A DNA stretch of 64,000 nt from Acidimicrobiia bacterium (GTDB taxonomy: Bacteria; Actinomycetota; Acidimicrobiia; IMCC26256; JACDBD01). The notes under the pieces are model-generated. The model was not told the origin of the DNA. It saw only the letters and a list, made by a program, of their open reading frames with translations, and made no database searches. Location of the stretch: NCBI GenBank assembly GCA_035316025.1, contig DATFXL010000070.1:7547-71546 (forward strand), in the 5' to 3' direction. Of the stretch, positions 27,861 through 36,545 are shown one piece after another. Position numbers and translations under genes: made by a program. Within the stretch, counting starts at the first letter, position 1, and every line of letters begins with the position of its first letter.

Positions 27861-28664
27861 ATGGGAGGTGACGGCATGAGCACCGCGAAGTCGACCGCGC
27901 TGGTGACGGGCGCATCGTCGGGAATCGGCGAAGAGTTCGCGCGCGCCCTCGCCGCCCGCGGCGACGACCTGGTGGTCGTCGCACGCGACGTGGCCCGGTG
28001 CGACGGGCTCGCCGAGCGGCTCGAGATGCAGCACGGCGTGGGCGTCGAGGTCCTGCCGGCCGACCTGACGACGAAGAAGGGAAGAGCGGCCGTCGAGGCG
28101 AGGCTCGAGTCCACCGAGCCGGCAATCGATCTCTTGGTGAACAACGCCGGAATGGGCACCTACGGCAGGTTCGCAGAGTTGCCCCGCGACTCAGAGGAGC
28201 GGGAGATTCGCCTGAACGTCCTGGCGGTCGTGCAGCTGTCGCACGCTGCGCTGGCCGGGATGATCGAGCGCGGGAGCGGCGGCATCATCAACGTGTCGTC
28301 GCTCGCCGGCTACCAACCGACGCCGCTGAATGCCACGTACGGCGGCACGAAAGCGTTCGTCACCAGCTTCAGCCAGGCGCTCCACGAAGAGCTGCGTGGG
28401 ACGGGCGTGAAGGTGATGGTGCTGTGCCCCGGGTTCACACGCACTGAGTTCCAGGACCGCGCCGGGTTCGACTCAGGTGTCGTGCCCAGCTTCCTGTGGC
28501 AGACGCCGCAGCCGGTGGTCGCGGCGGCGCTGCACGCGTACGAGCAGGGACGCGCGGTGTGCATTCCCGGCGCGCTCAACCAGGCCGGCGCCGTCTTCTC
28601 GCGCGCTTTGCCCGCGGGCATCACCCGGCGGATCGCCGGCGCGGTCCTCCCACGCGTGGAGTGA
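27861..28664 (+). CDS. SDR-family oxidoreductase
   Basis: TGASSGIGEEFA, NNAG, YGGTKAF (YxxxK). The start may instead be the ATG at 27876 (MSTAKST). Confidence 0.8.
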   Translation: MGGDGMSTAKSTALVTGASSGIGEEFARALAARGDDLVVVARDVARCDGLAERLEMQHGVGVEVLPADLTTKKGRAAVEARLESTEPAIDLLVNNAGMGTYGRFAELPRDSEEREIRLNVLAVVQLSHAALAGMIERGSGGIINVSSLAGYQPTPLNATYGGTKAFVTSFSQALHEELRGTGVKVMVLCPGFTRTEFQDRAGFDSGVVPSFLWQTPQPVVAAALHAYEQGRAVCIPGALNQAGAVFSRALPAGITRRIAGAVLPRVE

Positions 28665-28669
28665 ACGTT

Positions 28670-28684
28670 CCCGCGCTACGCGGG
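28670..28684 (+). terminator. Short GC hairpin just after the SDR stop
   Basis: CCCGCG-CTA-CGCGGG, 6 nt after the stop at 28664. No U-tract. Weak call. Confidence 0.25.
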
Positions 28685-28790
28685 ATCGATGCGCTGGAGA
28701 CCGTCTCACAGCAGCGAACGTGGGGGACTGCCGCGCGCTGGTCATCGTGGCGGGGACGCTATCCGGACAGGATGCGAAGAGGGCCGCGCC

Positions 28791-28796
28791 TACCCT
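28791..28796 (+). promoter_or_regulatory. -10 box TACCCT placed 7 nt before the ATG of the thrB-like gene (predicts a leaderless mRNA)
   Basis: TACCCT (TANNNT class), then tggccgc (7 nt), then ATG at 28804. No Shine-Dalgarno lies between them. The same box and spacing occur at prfA. Confidence 0.45.
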
Positions 28797-28803
28797 TGGC
28801 CGC

Positions 28804-29976
28804 ATGAAGTACGTCGTGCTCGTTCCCGACGGTTGCGCGGACGAGCCTCTCGCCGAGCTCGGCGGGCGAACCCCGCTCGAGGCGGCAGCGATGCCGGCGC
28901 TCGGACGTCTTGCCGCGCGCAGCGAAGTCGGGCGAGCAGCCGTGATTCCCGAGGGTCTCCCGCCGGGAAGCGACGTGGGGAACATGGCGATCCTCGGCTA
29001 CGACCCGGCGCGCTTCCACACCGGACGCGCGCCGATCGAGGCGGCCGCGATGGGCGTCGAGCTCGGGCCCGACGACGTCGCGTTCCGCTGCAACCTCGTC
29101 ACCCTCGACGACGCCACTCCGGCGACCATGATCGACTTCGCCGCCGGTCATCCGACGAGTGACCAGAGCGCGCCGATCATCGCGGCGCTGGACGCGACGT
29201 TGGGTTCGGGGCGTGACGGCGTCCGGTTCTATCCGGGTGTCGAATACCGACACCTGTGCGTCGTTCCACGTGAGCTGGGCGACGCCACCTGTGTTCCACC
29301 GCACGACCTCACCGGGAAGCCCGCCGTGTTCCCGGTCGGCGCAGCCGCGGAGAAGCTCATGGCGCTCATGGACGCGTCCAAGCCCATCGTCGCCGAGCAG
29401 GCTGCGAAGGTCGGCTCGGTCGCGACGCAGATCTGGTTGTGGGGTCAGGGTGTGCGACCCGAGCTGCCGGCGTTCGCACCCCGCTACGGGGTGGAGGGAA
29501 GGTTGTCATCGGCCGTGGATCTCGTGCGCGGCCTCGGCGCGCTCACCGAGCTCGAGGTCCTCGACGTGCCGGGTGCCACTGCGGGATTCGACAACGACTA
29601 CGGCGCGCAACGCGACGCGGCACTGCGGTCGCTCGGGGACCGCGACCTCTTCCTCCTCCACGTCGAGGCGACCGACGAAGCCGCACACCAGGGCGACGTA
29701 GGTGAGAAGGTCCTGGCGCTCGAGCGATGGGACCGCGACGTGATCGGACCGCTGGTCCGGGCGCTCGACGAGTCGGGGACCGAGTACCGGCTCCTCGTGA
29801 TGCCGGACCATGCGACGCCGTGCGCGATCAAGACCCACACTTCCGACCCGGTCCCGTACCTGCTGTTCGACTCGACCCGGGACGCCCCCGGCGGGGAGTA
29901 CACCGAACGCGCCGTCGCCGGCGCAGACCCGGTCGTCGCGCATACGCTCATGCGCCGCTTGCTGGCCACGGACTGA
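28804..29976 (+). CDS. Cofactor-independent phosphoglycerate mutase (ApgM)-like metalloenzyme; proposed non-orthologous homoserine kinase
   Basis: Starts at the internal ATG 28804 (MKYVVLVPDGCADEP). It has the alkaline-phosphatase-superfamily metal ligands (PDG.AD, DV.NM, EATDEAAHQGD, MPDHATP). It sits in the thr cluster where thrB is expected. Confidence 0.75.
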   Translation: MKYVVLVPDGCADEPLAELGGRTPLEAAAMPALGRLAARSEVGRAAVIPEGLPPGSDVGNMAILGYDPARFHTGRAPIEAAAMGVELGPDDVAFRCNLVTLDDATPATMIDFAAGHPTSDQSAPIIAALDATLGSGRDGVRFYPGVEYRHLCVVPRELGDATCVPPHDLTGKPAVFPVGAAAEKLMALMDASKPIVAEQAAKVGSVATQIWLWGQGVRPELPAFAPRYGVEGRLSSAVDLVRGLGALTELEVLDVPGATAGFDNDYGAQRDAALRSLGDRDLFLLHVEATDEAAHQGDVGEKVLALERWDRDVIGPLVRALDESGTEYRLLVMPDHATPCAIKTHTSDPVPYLLFDSTRDAPGGEYTERAVAGADPVVAHTLMRRLLATD

Positions 29977-30273
29977 CCCGCCGGAATACACGCTGATACT
30001 TGCGGGTTGACAACGGGGACGCTAAGTTCTTCGTACCGGTTCGGTGATCCCCGGAGACGTTTCGGTCCCGAATCCCGTCCCGGCATCCGTCGCACCCCAC
30101 CCGGGGCCTGTTCCCGCGTGAGGCGGCACCGGTTCGTCCCGTTGTGATCAGCGGGCCGGCATTGTCACTGGTTTCTTCCGATGGACCAGAGCCCTGAGGA
30201 GTTCTGAGTCGAGTGCGAACCCCGCGCGCAATGCCAGGACGACTGCTACCACCAGCACGAGGAGTTTCCCCCC

Positions 30274-31998
30274 ATGAGTGACCAAGGGCTCGACCGATCG
30301 GTCCTCGACGGAAAGGACCGCGAGGAGCTCCATCAGATCGCGGGCGCGATGGGCGTCCAGGCGCCGACACGCATGAAGAAGGCCGACCTCATCGACGCCA
30401 TCCTCGGCGCTTCCGGCGACGGCAACGCCCCCGCCGGTGACATTTCCGCCGCCTCCGGCGGTTCCGACGGAGGCGACCGTCCGAAGCGGGTCCGGTCCCG
30501 CCGCACGTCAGAGAGCGACGACCCGATGGACGCGCTCGCCGCCGAAGAGGAGGCGATCGCGGCGGCGGGGGACGGTGCCGACATCCCTGCCGAGCCGCGC
30601 CCGGTCTCGCGACCCGAAGGAAGGGCGAACGCATCCGGAAGGGCCGCACGGACCGCCCGCGGCTCGGACACTTCCGCGAGTGCGACGACCACGACAGAGG
30701 CGCGAGCCGAGCCCCAGGGAGGCGACGGCGACGGCAGCGGTACTCGCACGGCCCCGCGCATCGAGGCCGAGGACGAGCGCCAGTCGTACGGCGAGGGCAA
30801 TCGCCGTCGCCGCCGGCGCCGCGGTCGCGATCGCCAGCAGGACGGTGAGCCGCGCGAGTTCCAGGGCGAGCCGGTCGAGACGCAGGGTCTGCTCGACCTG
30901 CGGGACGAGGGCTACGGGTTCCTTCGGGCGACGAGCTACCTCCCCGGGCCCAAGGACGTCTACGTGTCGGCGTCGCAGGTCCGCCGCTTTGCCCTCCGCA
31001 AGGGCGACTACCTCAACGGCTACGCGCGACCGCAGGCGAGCAACGAGAAGTACCCGGCGCTGTTGCGCGTCGACGAGGTCAACGGCCTCCCGACCGAAGC
31101 CGCACGCGATCGATCGAAGTTCGAGGACCTCACCCCGCTGTTCCCCGACTCGAAGCTCCGCCTCGAAATGGGGGACGACCCCTCCAACATCACCGGGCGG
31201 ATCGTCGATCTCATCTCGCCGATCGGAAAGGGTCAGCGCGGCCTGATCGTCTCGCCGCCCAAGGCGGGGAAGACCACGATCCTGAAGCAAATCGTGTACT
31301 CGGTCGAACGCAACAACCCCGAGGTGCACCTCATGGTGCTGCTCGTCGACGAGCGCCCCGAAGAGGTCACCGACATGCGCCGGCACGTCAAGAACGGCGA
31401 GGTCGTCGCGAGCACCTTCGACCGGCCGTCCGACGAGCACACACAGGTCGCCGAGCTCACGATCGAGCGAGCCAAGCGGCTGGTCGAGATGGGCAAGGAC
31501 GTCGTGATCATCCTCGACGGGATCACGCGCCTCGCCCGCGCCTACAACCTCTCGGCGCCGGCGTCGGGCCGCATCCTGTCGGGTGGCGTGGACTCCACGG
31601 CGCTCTACCCGCCGAAGCGGTTCTTCGGCGCGGCCCGCAACATCGAGGAGGGTGGCTCGCTCACGATCGTGGCGACGGCGCTCATCGAGACGGGCAGCCG
31701 CATGGACGAGGTGATCTTCGAGGAGTTCAAGGGCACTGGGAACATGGAGCTACGGCTCGACCGGCGGCTGTCCGAGCGGCGGATCTACCCGTCGATCGAC
31801 GTCGAGGCGTCGAGCACCCGCCACGAGGAGCTTCTCTTCGACCGCAACCAGCTTCAGCAGGTGTGGAAGCTGCGCCGGGTTCTGAACGCCCTCGAGGAGG
31901 GGAAGGGTCTGGAGCTGCTGATCGACAAGATCCGCACGACCAAGAGCAACGACGAGTTCCTCGCCGAGATCGCCAAGGCGCCCACGCCCGGCTCATAG
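30274..31998 (+). CDS. rho: Transcription termination factor Rho, with a long Arg/Asp/Gly-rich N-terminal insertion
   Basis: N-terminal Rho_N ([23 protein letters not shown]), an insertion of about 150 aa of low complexity, a CSD-like RNA-binding domain (GYGFLR), Walker A (SPPKAGKTT), and Q/R loops. Confidence 0.95.
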   Translation: MSDQGLDRSVLDGKDREELHQIAGAMGVQAPTRMKKADLIDAILGASGDGNAPAGDISAASGGSDGGDRPKRVRSRRTSESDDPMDALAAEEEAIAAAGDGADIPAEPRPVSRPEGRANASGRAARTARGSDTSASATTTTEARAEPQGGDGDGSGTRTAPRIEAEDERQSYGEGNRRRRRRRGRDRQQDGEPREFQGEPVETQGLLDLRDEGYGFLRATSYLPGPKDVYVSASQVRRFALRKGDYLNGYARPQASNEKYPALLRVDEVNGLPTEAARDRSKFEDLTPLFPDSKLRLEMGDDPSNITGRIVDLISPIGKGQRGLIVSPPKAGKTTILKQIVYSVERNNPEVHLMVLLVDERPEEVTDMRRHVKNGEVVASTFDRPSDEHTQVAELTIERAKRLVEMGKDVVIILDGITRLARAYNLSAPASGRILSGGVDSTALYPPKRFFGAARNIEEGGSLTIVATALIETGSRMDEVIFEEFKGTGNMELRLDRRLSERRIYPSIDVEASSTRHEELLFDRNQLQQVWKLRRVLNALEEGKGLELLIDKIRTTKSNDEFLAEIAKAPTPGS

Positions 31999-32163
31999 GC
32001 ATGCGCACGGGGTGCGGCTCGCGCTCAGCGTGACGCCCGAGAAATCGTCTCCTCTTTCGCTGGGCAGAGGCGTCGTCGACAACCCCTCGGGGCCGCCCCT
32101 CGAACCCAGCGATCCCACTGGCCGGCGCCATTCGGGTCGGCACGCAACTAGATTGGGAGCATC

Positions 32164-32382
32164 ATGAAGACTGATATCCACCCCGATTACGTCGAGTGCT
32201 CGGTGCGTTGCTCGTGCGGCAACACGTTCACGACGCGTTCGACCGTCCCTGAGCTCCGGGTCGAGCTGTGCTCGGAGTGTCATCCCTTCTACACGGGCAA
32301 GCAGAAGCTCGTGGATACCGGCGGCCGCGTCGAGCGGTTCCAGCGCCGGTACGCGAAGCAGGGCGGCAAGGCCAAGGCTTGA
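32164..32382 (+). CDS. rpmE: 50S ribosomal protein L31, zinc-binding (C+) form
   Basis: MKTDIHPDY..., with CxC (CSCG) and CxxC (CSEC) zinc ligands, and FYTGKQ. Confidence 0.95.
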   Translation: MKTDIHPDYVECSVRCSCGNTFTTRSTVPELRVELCSECHPFYTGKQKLVDTGGRVERFQRRYAKQGGKAKA

Positions 32383-33320
32383 TGGCCCGACGGCCCGAGC
32401 CCCGCTACATGGGCGGCCAGGCCGTCATGGAAGGCGTGATGATGCGCGGCGCCAACAGCTGGGCCGTCGCCGTGCGAACGCCGGAAGGTGACATCGAGCT
32501 CGAGACGCAGGACGTGCCGCGCTGGTCGGAGCGTTACTCGCGCATCCCGTTGGTGCGAGGCGTCATGGCGCTCGCCGAGTCCCTCACGCTCGGGTTCAAG
32601 GCGCTGGCGTGGTCGGCGAACCGGCAGGTCCCCGAGGAGGAGCGCCTCTCGAAAGGCGCGATCGGCGGCACGATCGCCATCGCACTGGCGGTCTTCACCG
32701 GTCTGTTCATCCTGCTGCCCGCCTTCGGCGCCCGCGGCCTCGATCGTTGGGTTCCCCTCGAGGGCTTCTGGCTCCACGCGGCCGAGGGCGCGCTCCGGCT
32801 CGGGCTGTTCATCGGCTACCTGCTGCTCATCGGGCGCTTACGCGACGTGAAGCGCGTGTTCCAGTACCACGGCGCCGAGCACAAGGCGATCGCGGCATAC
32901 GAGAACGGCGTGGAGGTTTCGCCGGAGTCGGCGCAGCGGTTCACGACCGAGCACGTCCGCTGCGGGACGAACTTCCTGCTGACAGTGTTCGTGATCACGA
33001 TCGTCGTCTACGCGTTCGTGGGCCGTCCCGACTGGCCGTTGCTCATCGCGTCGCGGGTGTTGTTGATCCCCTTGATCGCCGGGATCGCCTACGAGGTGAT
33101 CCGCTTCGCGGCCCGGCACATGGACTCACGCGTCGTCCGGATCCTGATGCGTCCCGGTCTCGCTCTCCAGCAGCTGACGACACGCGAGCCCACCCTCGAC
33201 CAGCTCGAGGTGGCGATTGCCTCGCTCCGGGCTGTGATGACCGCCGAGCAGCTCGCCGAGGTCCAGGCCCGGCCGCCCGCTCCGGCGGCGGCGCCCCGTC
33301 CCGCGCTCGGCACTGCCTGA
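32382..33320 (+). CDS. DUF1385-family membrane protein
   Basis: The ATG at 32382 overlaps the rpmE stop. Has GGQAVMEGVMMRG and YHGAEHKAIAAYE motifs and several TM segments. It sits in the conserved rpmE/prfA neighbourhood. Confidence 0.8.
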   Translation: MARRPEPRYMGGQAVMEGVMMRGANSWAVAVRTPEGDIELETQDVPRWSERYSRIPLVRGVMALAESLTLGFKALAWSANRQVPEEERLSKGAIGGTIAIALAVFTGLFILLPAFGARGLDRWVPLEGFWLHAAEGALRLGLFIGYLLLIGRLRDVKRVFQYHGAEHKAIAAYENGVEVSPESAQRFTTEHVRCGTNFLLTVFVITIVVYAFVGRPDWPLLIASRVLLIPLIAGIAYEVIRFAARHMDSRVVRILMRPGLALQQLTTREPTLDQLEVAIASLRAVMTAEQLAEVQARPPAPAAAPRPALGTA

Positions 33321-33366
33321 CCGGCCCCCGCCGGACCAGTCACGGAGTGCGCGAAGAGGGATCTCG

Positions 33367-33969
33367 TCATCCCTTCACCCAGGCGCGAGTGCCGGCGCGC
33401 GCCGCCGCCGTCGCCAGGCCGACGAACTCCTCGTCACGCGCGGGGTCGCCGAACTCGAGCCAGTTCAGGACCGCGACGACGAGCTCGTCGACGAGCGTGT
33501 GGGCGGCCCATTCGTACAGGTCGGGCTGGACCTGTCCAGCGAGGAGGGCGCGGGACGCATCGACGGACCGTTCCCGGAGCTCTCGTGCGTAGTCGGCGAA
33601 CTGCGGCTCGCGCGCCGCGTGACGCCACAGGAGCTGGAACCCGTCGGGATCCTCACGTGCGACCGTGAGCAACGAGCGCGCGCCGACACCGCCTTCGCCC
33701 TTCGAGTAGCCGACCACGAACTCCTCGGCGAGACGATCGAACACCTGCTGGAGCACGGCCCGGTACAGCTCTTCCTTCCCGGCGAAGTGCCGGTAGACGA
33801 TGAGCTTGGTGATGCCCGACGCGGCGGCGATGTCCTCCATGGACGTCGCCGCGTACCCGGCCCGGGCGAAGGCGCGGCCGGCGCCCCGGAGGATCGTCTC
33901 CTGGCGGGCGGCGCGGGGCAGAGGGCCGGTGCGGGCGGGGTCGACGACGGTGGGGTCGGCACTTGCCAT
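33367..33969 (-). CDS. TetR-family transcriptional regulator
   Basis: HTH: FARAGYAATSMEDIAAASGITKLIVYRHFAGKEELY. I place the start at ATG 33969 (MASADP). The alternative ATG at 33981 lies inside the operator palindrome. The rest of the 567-aa ORF is antisense to the next gene and is rejected. Confidence 0.8.
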   Translation of the reverse strand: MASADPTVVDPARTGPLPRAARQETILRGAGRAFARAGYAATSMEDIAAASGITKLIVYRHFAGKEELYRAVLQQVFDRLAEEFVVGYSKGEGGVGARSLLTVAREDPDGFQLLWRHAAREPQFADYARELRERSVDASRALLAGQVQPDLYEWAAHTLVDELVVAVLNWLEFGDPARDEEFVGLATAAARAGTRAWVKG

Positions 33970-33970
33970 A

Positions 33971-33990
33971 GGTATACTCATGAGTATACC
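33971..33990. promoter_or_regulatory. Perfect 20-bp AT-rich palindrome (probable TetR operator carrying face-to-face TATACT -10 boxes)
   Basis: GGTATACTCATGAGTATACC equals its own reverse complement. TATACT reads on the + strand at 33973..33978 and on the - strand at 33988..33983. It lies in the divergent gap between the TetR gene and the 34024 gene. Confidence 0.65.
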
Positions 33991-34023
33991 CTTGCGTGTG
34001 TACCGGTCAACGGAGGGTGACGC

Positions 34024-35124
34024 ATGAACCTCCAGCTGGAATGGACGGAGGACGAGCTCCTCGCCACGGACGACGTCGCCGAGCCGCTCGTGGTCGGCGG
34101 CGTCCGCTGTCACGGCGGATTCGACGACGGCGGCGCGTACCACTCGCCTCGCACGCGGCACCGCGTGCCGGCCATCGACGAGTGGCAGGAGCACCATGCG
34201 GCGACCTTCGGCACCGACCTGATCGACGTGCCGGTGTCGACGTGGCCCGAGACGTACCCGAACGTCGAGCAGGCGAAGTTCCTGATCCGTGAGGGAGTAC
34301 CGGGCCCCATCATCACGACGCTGACGCGCATCGGCACGGTCGAGGGCTTCGGGGCGATGATCCGCCATGCCAACGTCGGAGATCCGCAGCGCCACTTCGA
34401 CGAGAGCGTCGCCGGGACAGCGACGTCGCACCTCCACCGGGGGCTCTTCGAGGCGCATGCGCGCGACGAGGCCGGGTTCGACGAAGAAGCCGGCCACAAG
34501 CAGATGTGGTTCGCGGCCCGCGACGTCGCCTTCGACAACCCCGTCACCGAGGACGAGACAGCGCGGATGCTCGAGCGCATGGGCATCGGCGGTGGTGGGA
34601 GCGCGGCTCCCGATCCGCAGCGCATCCGCCGACAGATGGAGGAGGCGCGCGTCTTCGCCGACCTGGACCTCGACTTCGAGATGCTCGTCCAGCGGATGAT
34701 CAACATCCTCCTGATCGAGATCTCCGCGTTCCATACCTTCGCGTGGGCCGAGTCCGTGCTGTCCGACACGGATCTGGTCGACGGCGACGGCGACGCCGCC
34801 CGCTTGGTGTCGTACATCCGTCAAGACGAGACTCCACACGTCGAGTACCTGAAGACGGCACTCACCGAGATGCGAGACCGGTCCTTCGTCGGCGACTCGG
34901 GGCGGAAGTACCCCGGCACCGAGGTCGTCGGCAGCCTCTGGGAACGGGGCCTGGCCGACTCCCTCGGTCCCCGCCGCGAGCAGAACCTGGCCCTGACCCT
35001 GCGCGAGGTCGAGCACGCGCTCGATCGGAACCCGCGGCGTGCCGTCCTTCTCGAGGAATTCCACGCCCACGGCACCATCCGTCCGGCCGACGACGGCGCG
35101 TTCGTCGCCGCGAACACCTACTGA
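34024..35124 (+). CDS. Hypothetical protein with ferritin-like di-iron carboxylate-type motifs
   Basis: 366 aa with a good RBS (GGAGGG) before the ATG. No family is recognised by eye. It contains two ExxH motifs about 100 residues apart (DEEAGH and DETPH) plus candidate partner Glu residues (LFEAH, LLIEISAFH). Confidence 0.6.
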   Translation: MNLQLEWTEDELLATDDVAEPLVVGGVRCHGGFDDGGAYHSPRTRHRVPAIDEWQEHHAATFGTDLIDVPVSTWPETYPNVEQAKFLIREGVPGPIITTLTRIGTVEGFGAMIRHANVGDPQRHFDESVAGTATSHLHRGLFEAHARDEAGFDEEAGHKQMWFAARDVAFDNPVTEDETARMLERMGIGGGGSAAPDPQRIRRQMEEARVFADLDLDFEMLVQRMINILLIEISAFHTFAWAESVLSDTDLVDGDGDAARLVSYIRQDETPHVEYLKTALTEMRDRSFVGDSGRKYPGTEVVGSLWERGLADSLGPRREQNLALTLREVEHALDRNPRRAVLLEEFHAHGTIRPADDGAFVAANTY

Positions 35125-35132
35125 GGATCACC

Positions 35133-36500
35133 ATGAAGTTCGGGCTGTTCTACGAGCACCAGCTTCCCCGCCCCTGGGAAGAGAACTCCGAGTACACGCT
35201 GCTGCAGAACGCGCTCGAGCAGTGCGAGCTCGCCGACAAGCTCGGCATCCACACCTGCTGGGAGGTCGAGCACCACTTCCTCGAGGAATACAGCCACTCG
35301 AGCGCGCCCGAGGTCTTCCTCGCCGCCGTGTCGCAGCGCACCGAGCACATGCGGCTCGGGCACGGCATCGTGCAGAGTCCGCCGCCGTTCAACCACCCCG
35401 CCCGCGTCGCCGAGCGCATCTCGACGCTCGACCTCGTCTCGGGCGGGCGCGTCGACTTCGGCACGGGAGAGTCGTCGTCCGAAGCCGAGCTCGGCGGCTT
35501 CCTCATCGACCCGATCGAGAAGCGCGAGATGTGGGAGGAGGGCCTGCGCGTCGCGACGCGGTGTATGACCGAGGAGCCATTCACCGGTCACCACGGCAAG
35601 TACGTCACGATGCCGCCGCGCAACGTCGTCCCCAAGCCCCGGCAGAAGCCCCATCCGCCGGTCTGGGTCGCGTGCAGCCGGCGCGACACGATCCACCTCG
35701 CGGCGCAGAAGGGGATCGGCGCCCTGACGTTCGCGTTCATCGACCCTGAGGACGCCCGCCACTGGGTCGGCGACTACTACGGAACGCTCGAGCGCGACGG
35801 CGTGCCGATCGGCGACGCCGTCAATCCGAACCTGGCCTGCGTGACGACGTTCATGTGCCATCCCGACGAGGACGAGGCCATGCAGCGCGGCCTGGAGGGC
35901 GCCAACTTCTTCGGCTACTCGCTCGCGCACTACTACGTCTTCGGCCGCCACCAACCCGGCGTCAGCGACGTGTGGGCCGAGTACCAGCGGCAACGGGGGG
36001 AGCAGGGCTTCGATCCCAGCGCCGTCCAAGCGGCGGCCGCGAACTCCGACCGGCTCGGTGCCAAGGTCGTGGAAGGCGGGCTGGGCGGCCTGCGGGGCGC
36101 CGTCGGCACTCCCGACCAGATCCGCGAGTTCCTCCTCCGCTACGAGGAGTGCGGCGTCGACCAGGTCATCTTCGTGAGCCAGTCGGGCAAGAACCGCCAC
36201 GAGCACATCATGGAGAGCCTGGAGCTGTTCGGGCGGGAGGTGCTCCCCGAATTCCTCGTGCGAGACGAACGAGCGGTGAAGGACAAGCAGAAGCGCCTGG
36301 AGCCCGTCATCGACCAGGTCATGGCGCGCAAACCGGCCGAGGACCACCCGCCGCTGCCGACCGACGACTACGCCTTTCCGGCCATCCCCCGTGCCATCGC
36401 CGACCGGTCCGGCTCCGACGACTTCCACAAGTTCCTCGACCAGGTCGCCGAGGACACCGCGCAGGGCGACAACTCCGTCATCGAGAACGCGCTGCGCTGA
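35133..36500 (+). CDS. LLM-class (luciferase-like) flavin/F420-dependent oxidoreductase
   Basis: Starts at ATG 35133 (MKFGLFYEHQLPRPW). Typical LLM TIM-barrel features (WEVEHHF, LDLVSGGRVDFGTG, GTPDQIREFL). 8 nt downstream of the preceding gene. Confidence 0.85.
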   Translation: MKFGLFYEHQLPRPWEENSEYTLLQNALEQCELADKLGIHTCWEVEHHFLEEYSHSSAPEVFLAAVSQRTEHMRLGHGIVQSPPPFNHPARVAERISTLDLVSGGRVDFGTGESSSEAELGGFLIDPIEKREMWEEGLRVATRCMTEEPFTGHHGKYVTMPPRNVVPKPRQKPHPPVWVACSRRDTIHLAAQKGIGALTFAFIDPEDARHWVGDYYGTLERDGVPIGDAVNPNLACVTTFMCHPDEDEAMQRGLEGANFFGYSLAHYYVFGRHQPGVSDVWAEYQRQRGEQGFDPSAVQAAAANSDRLGAKVVEGGLGGLRGAVGTPDQIREFLLRYEECGVDQVIFVSQSGKNRHEHIMESLELFGREVLPEFLVRDERAVKDKQKRLEPVIDQVMARKPAEDHPPLPTDDYAFPAIPRAIADRSGSDDFHKFLDQVAEDTAQGDNSVIENALR

Positions 36501-36530
36501 CGCAGCACCACGGCGTGACGACGTCACGCC
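36491..36530 (+). terminator. Two consecutive GC hairpins at the end of the LLM gene
   Basis: GCTGCG-CTGA-CGCAGC (36491..36506) spans the stop codon. GGCGTGACG-A-CGTCACGCC (36512..36530) is a 19-nt palindrome. They could be a terminator and/or a protein-binding site in front of prfA. Confidence 0.4.
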
Positions 36531-36532
36531 GG

Positions 36533-36538
36533 TACCCT
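36533..36538 (+). promoter_or_regulatory. -10 box TACCCT placed 7 nt before the GTG of prfA (predicts a leaderless mRNA)
   Basis: GGTACCCT, then gaacgaa (7 nt), then GTG at 36546. No Shine-Dalgarno. The geometry is identical to 28791..28806. Confidence 0.45.
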
Positions 36539-36545
36539 GAACGAA

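Noticed and set aside
25473-28159. - strand ORFs 25473..26903 (476 aa) and 26579..28159 (526 aa)
   Set aside because: They are antisense to hom, thrC and the SDR, all of which have clear catalytic motifs.
32148-32163. TAGATT -10-like box 9 nt before the rpmE ATG, suggesting another leaderless gene
   Set aside because: The intervening GGGAG is a well-placed Shine-Dalgarno sequence, so a conventional leadered start is at least as likely. It is not reported as a promoter.
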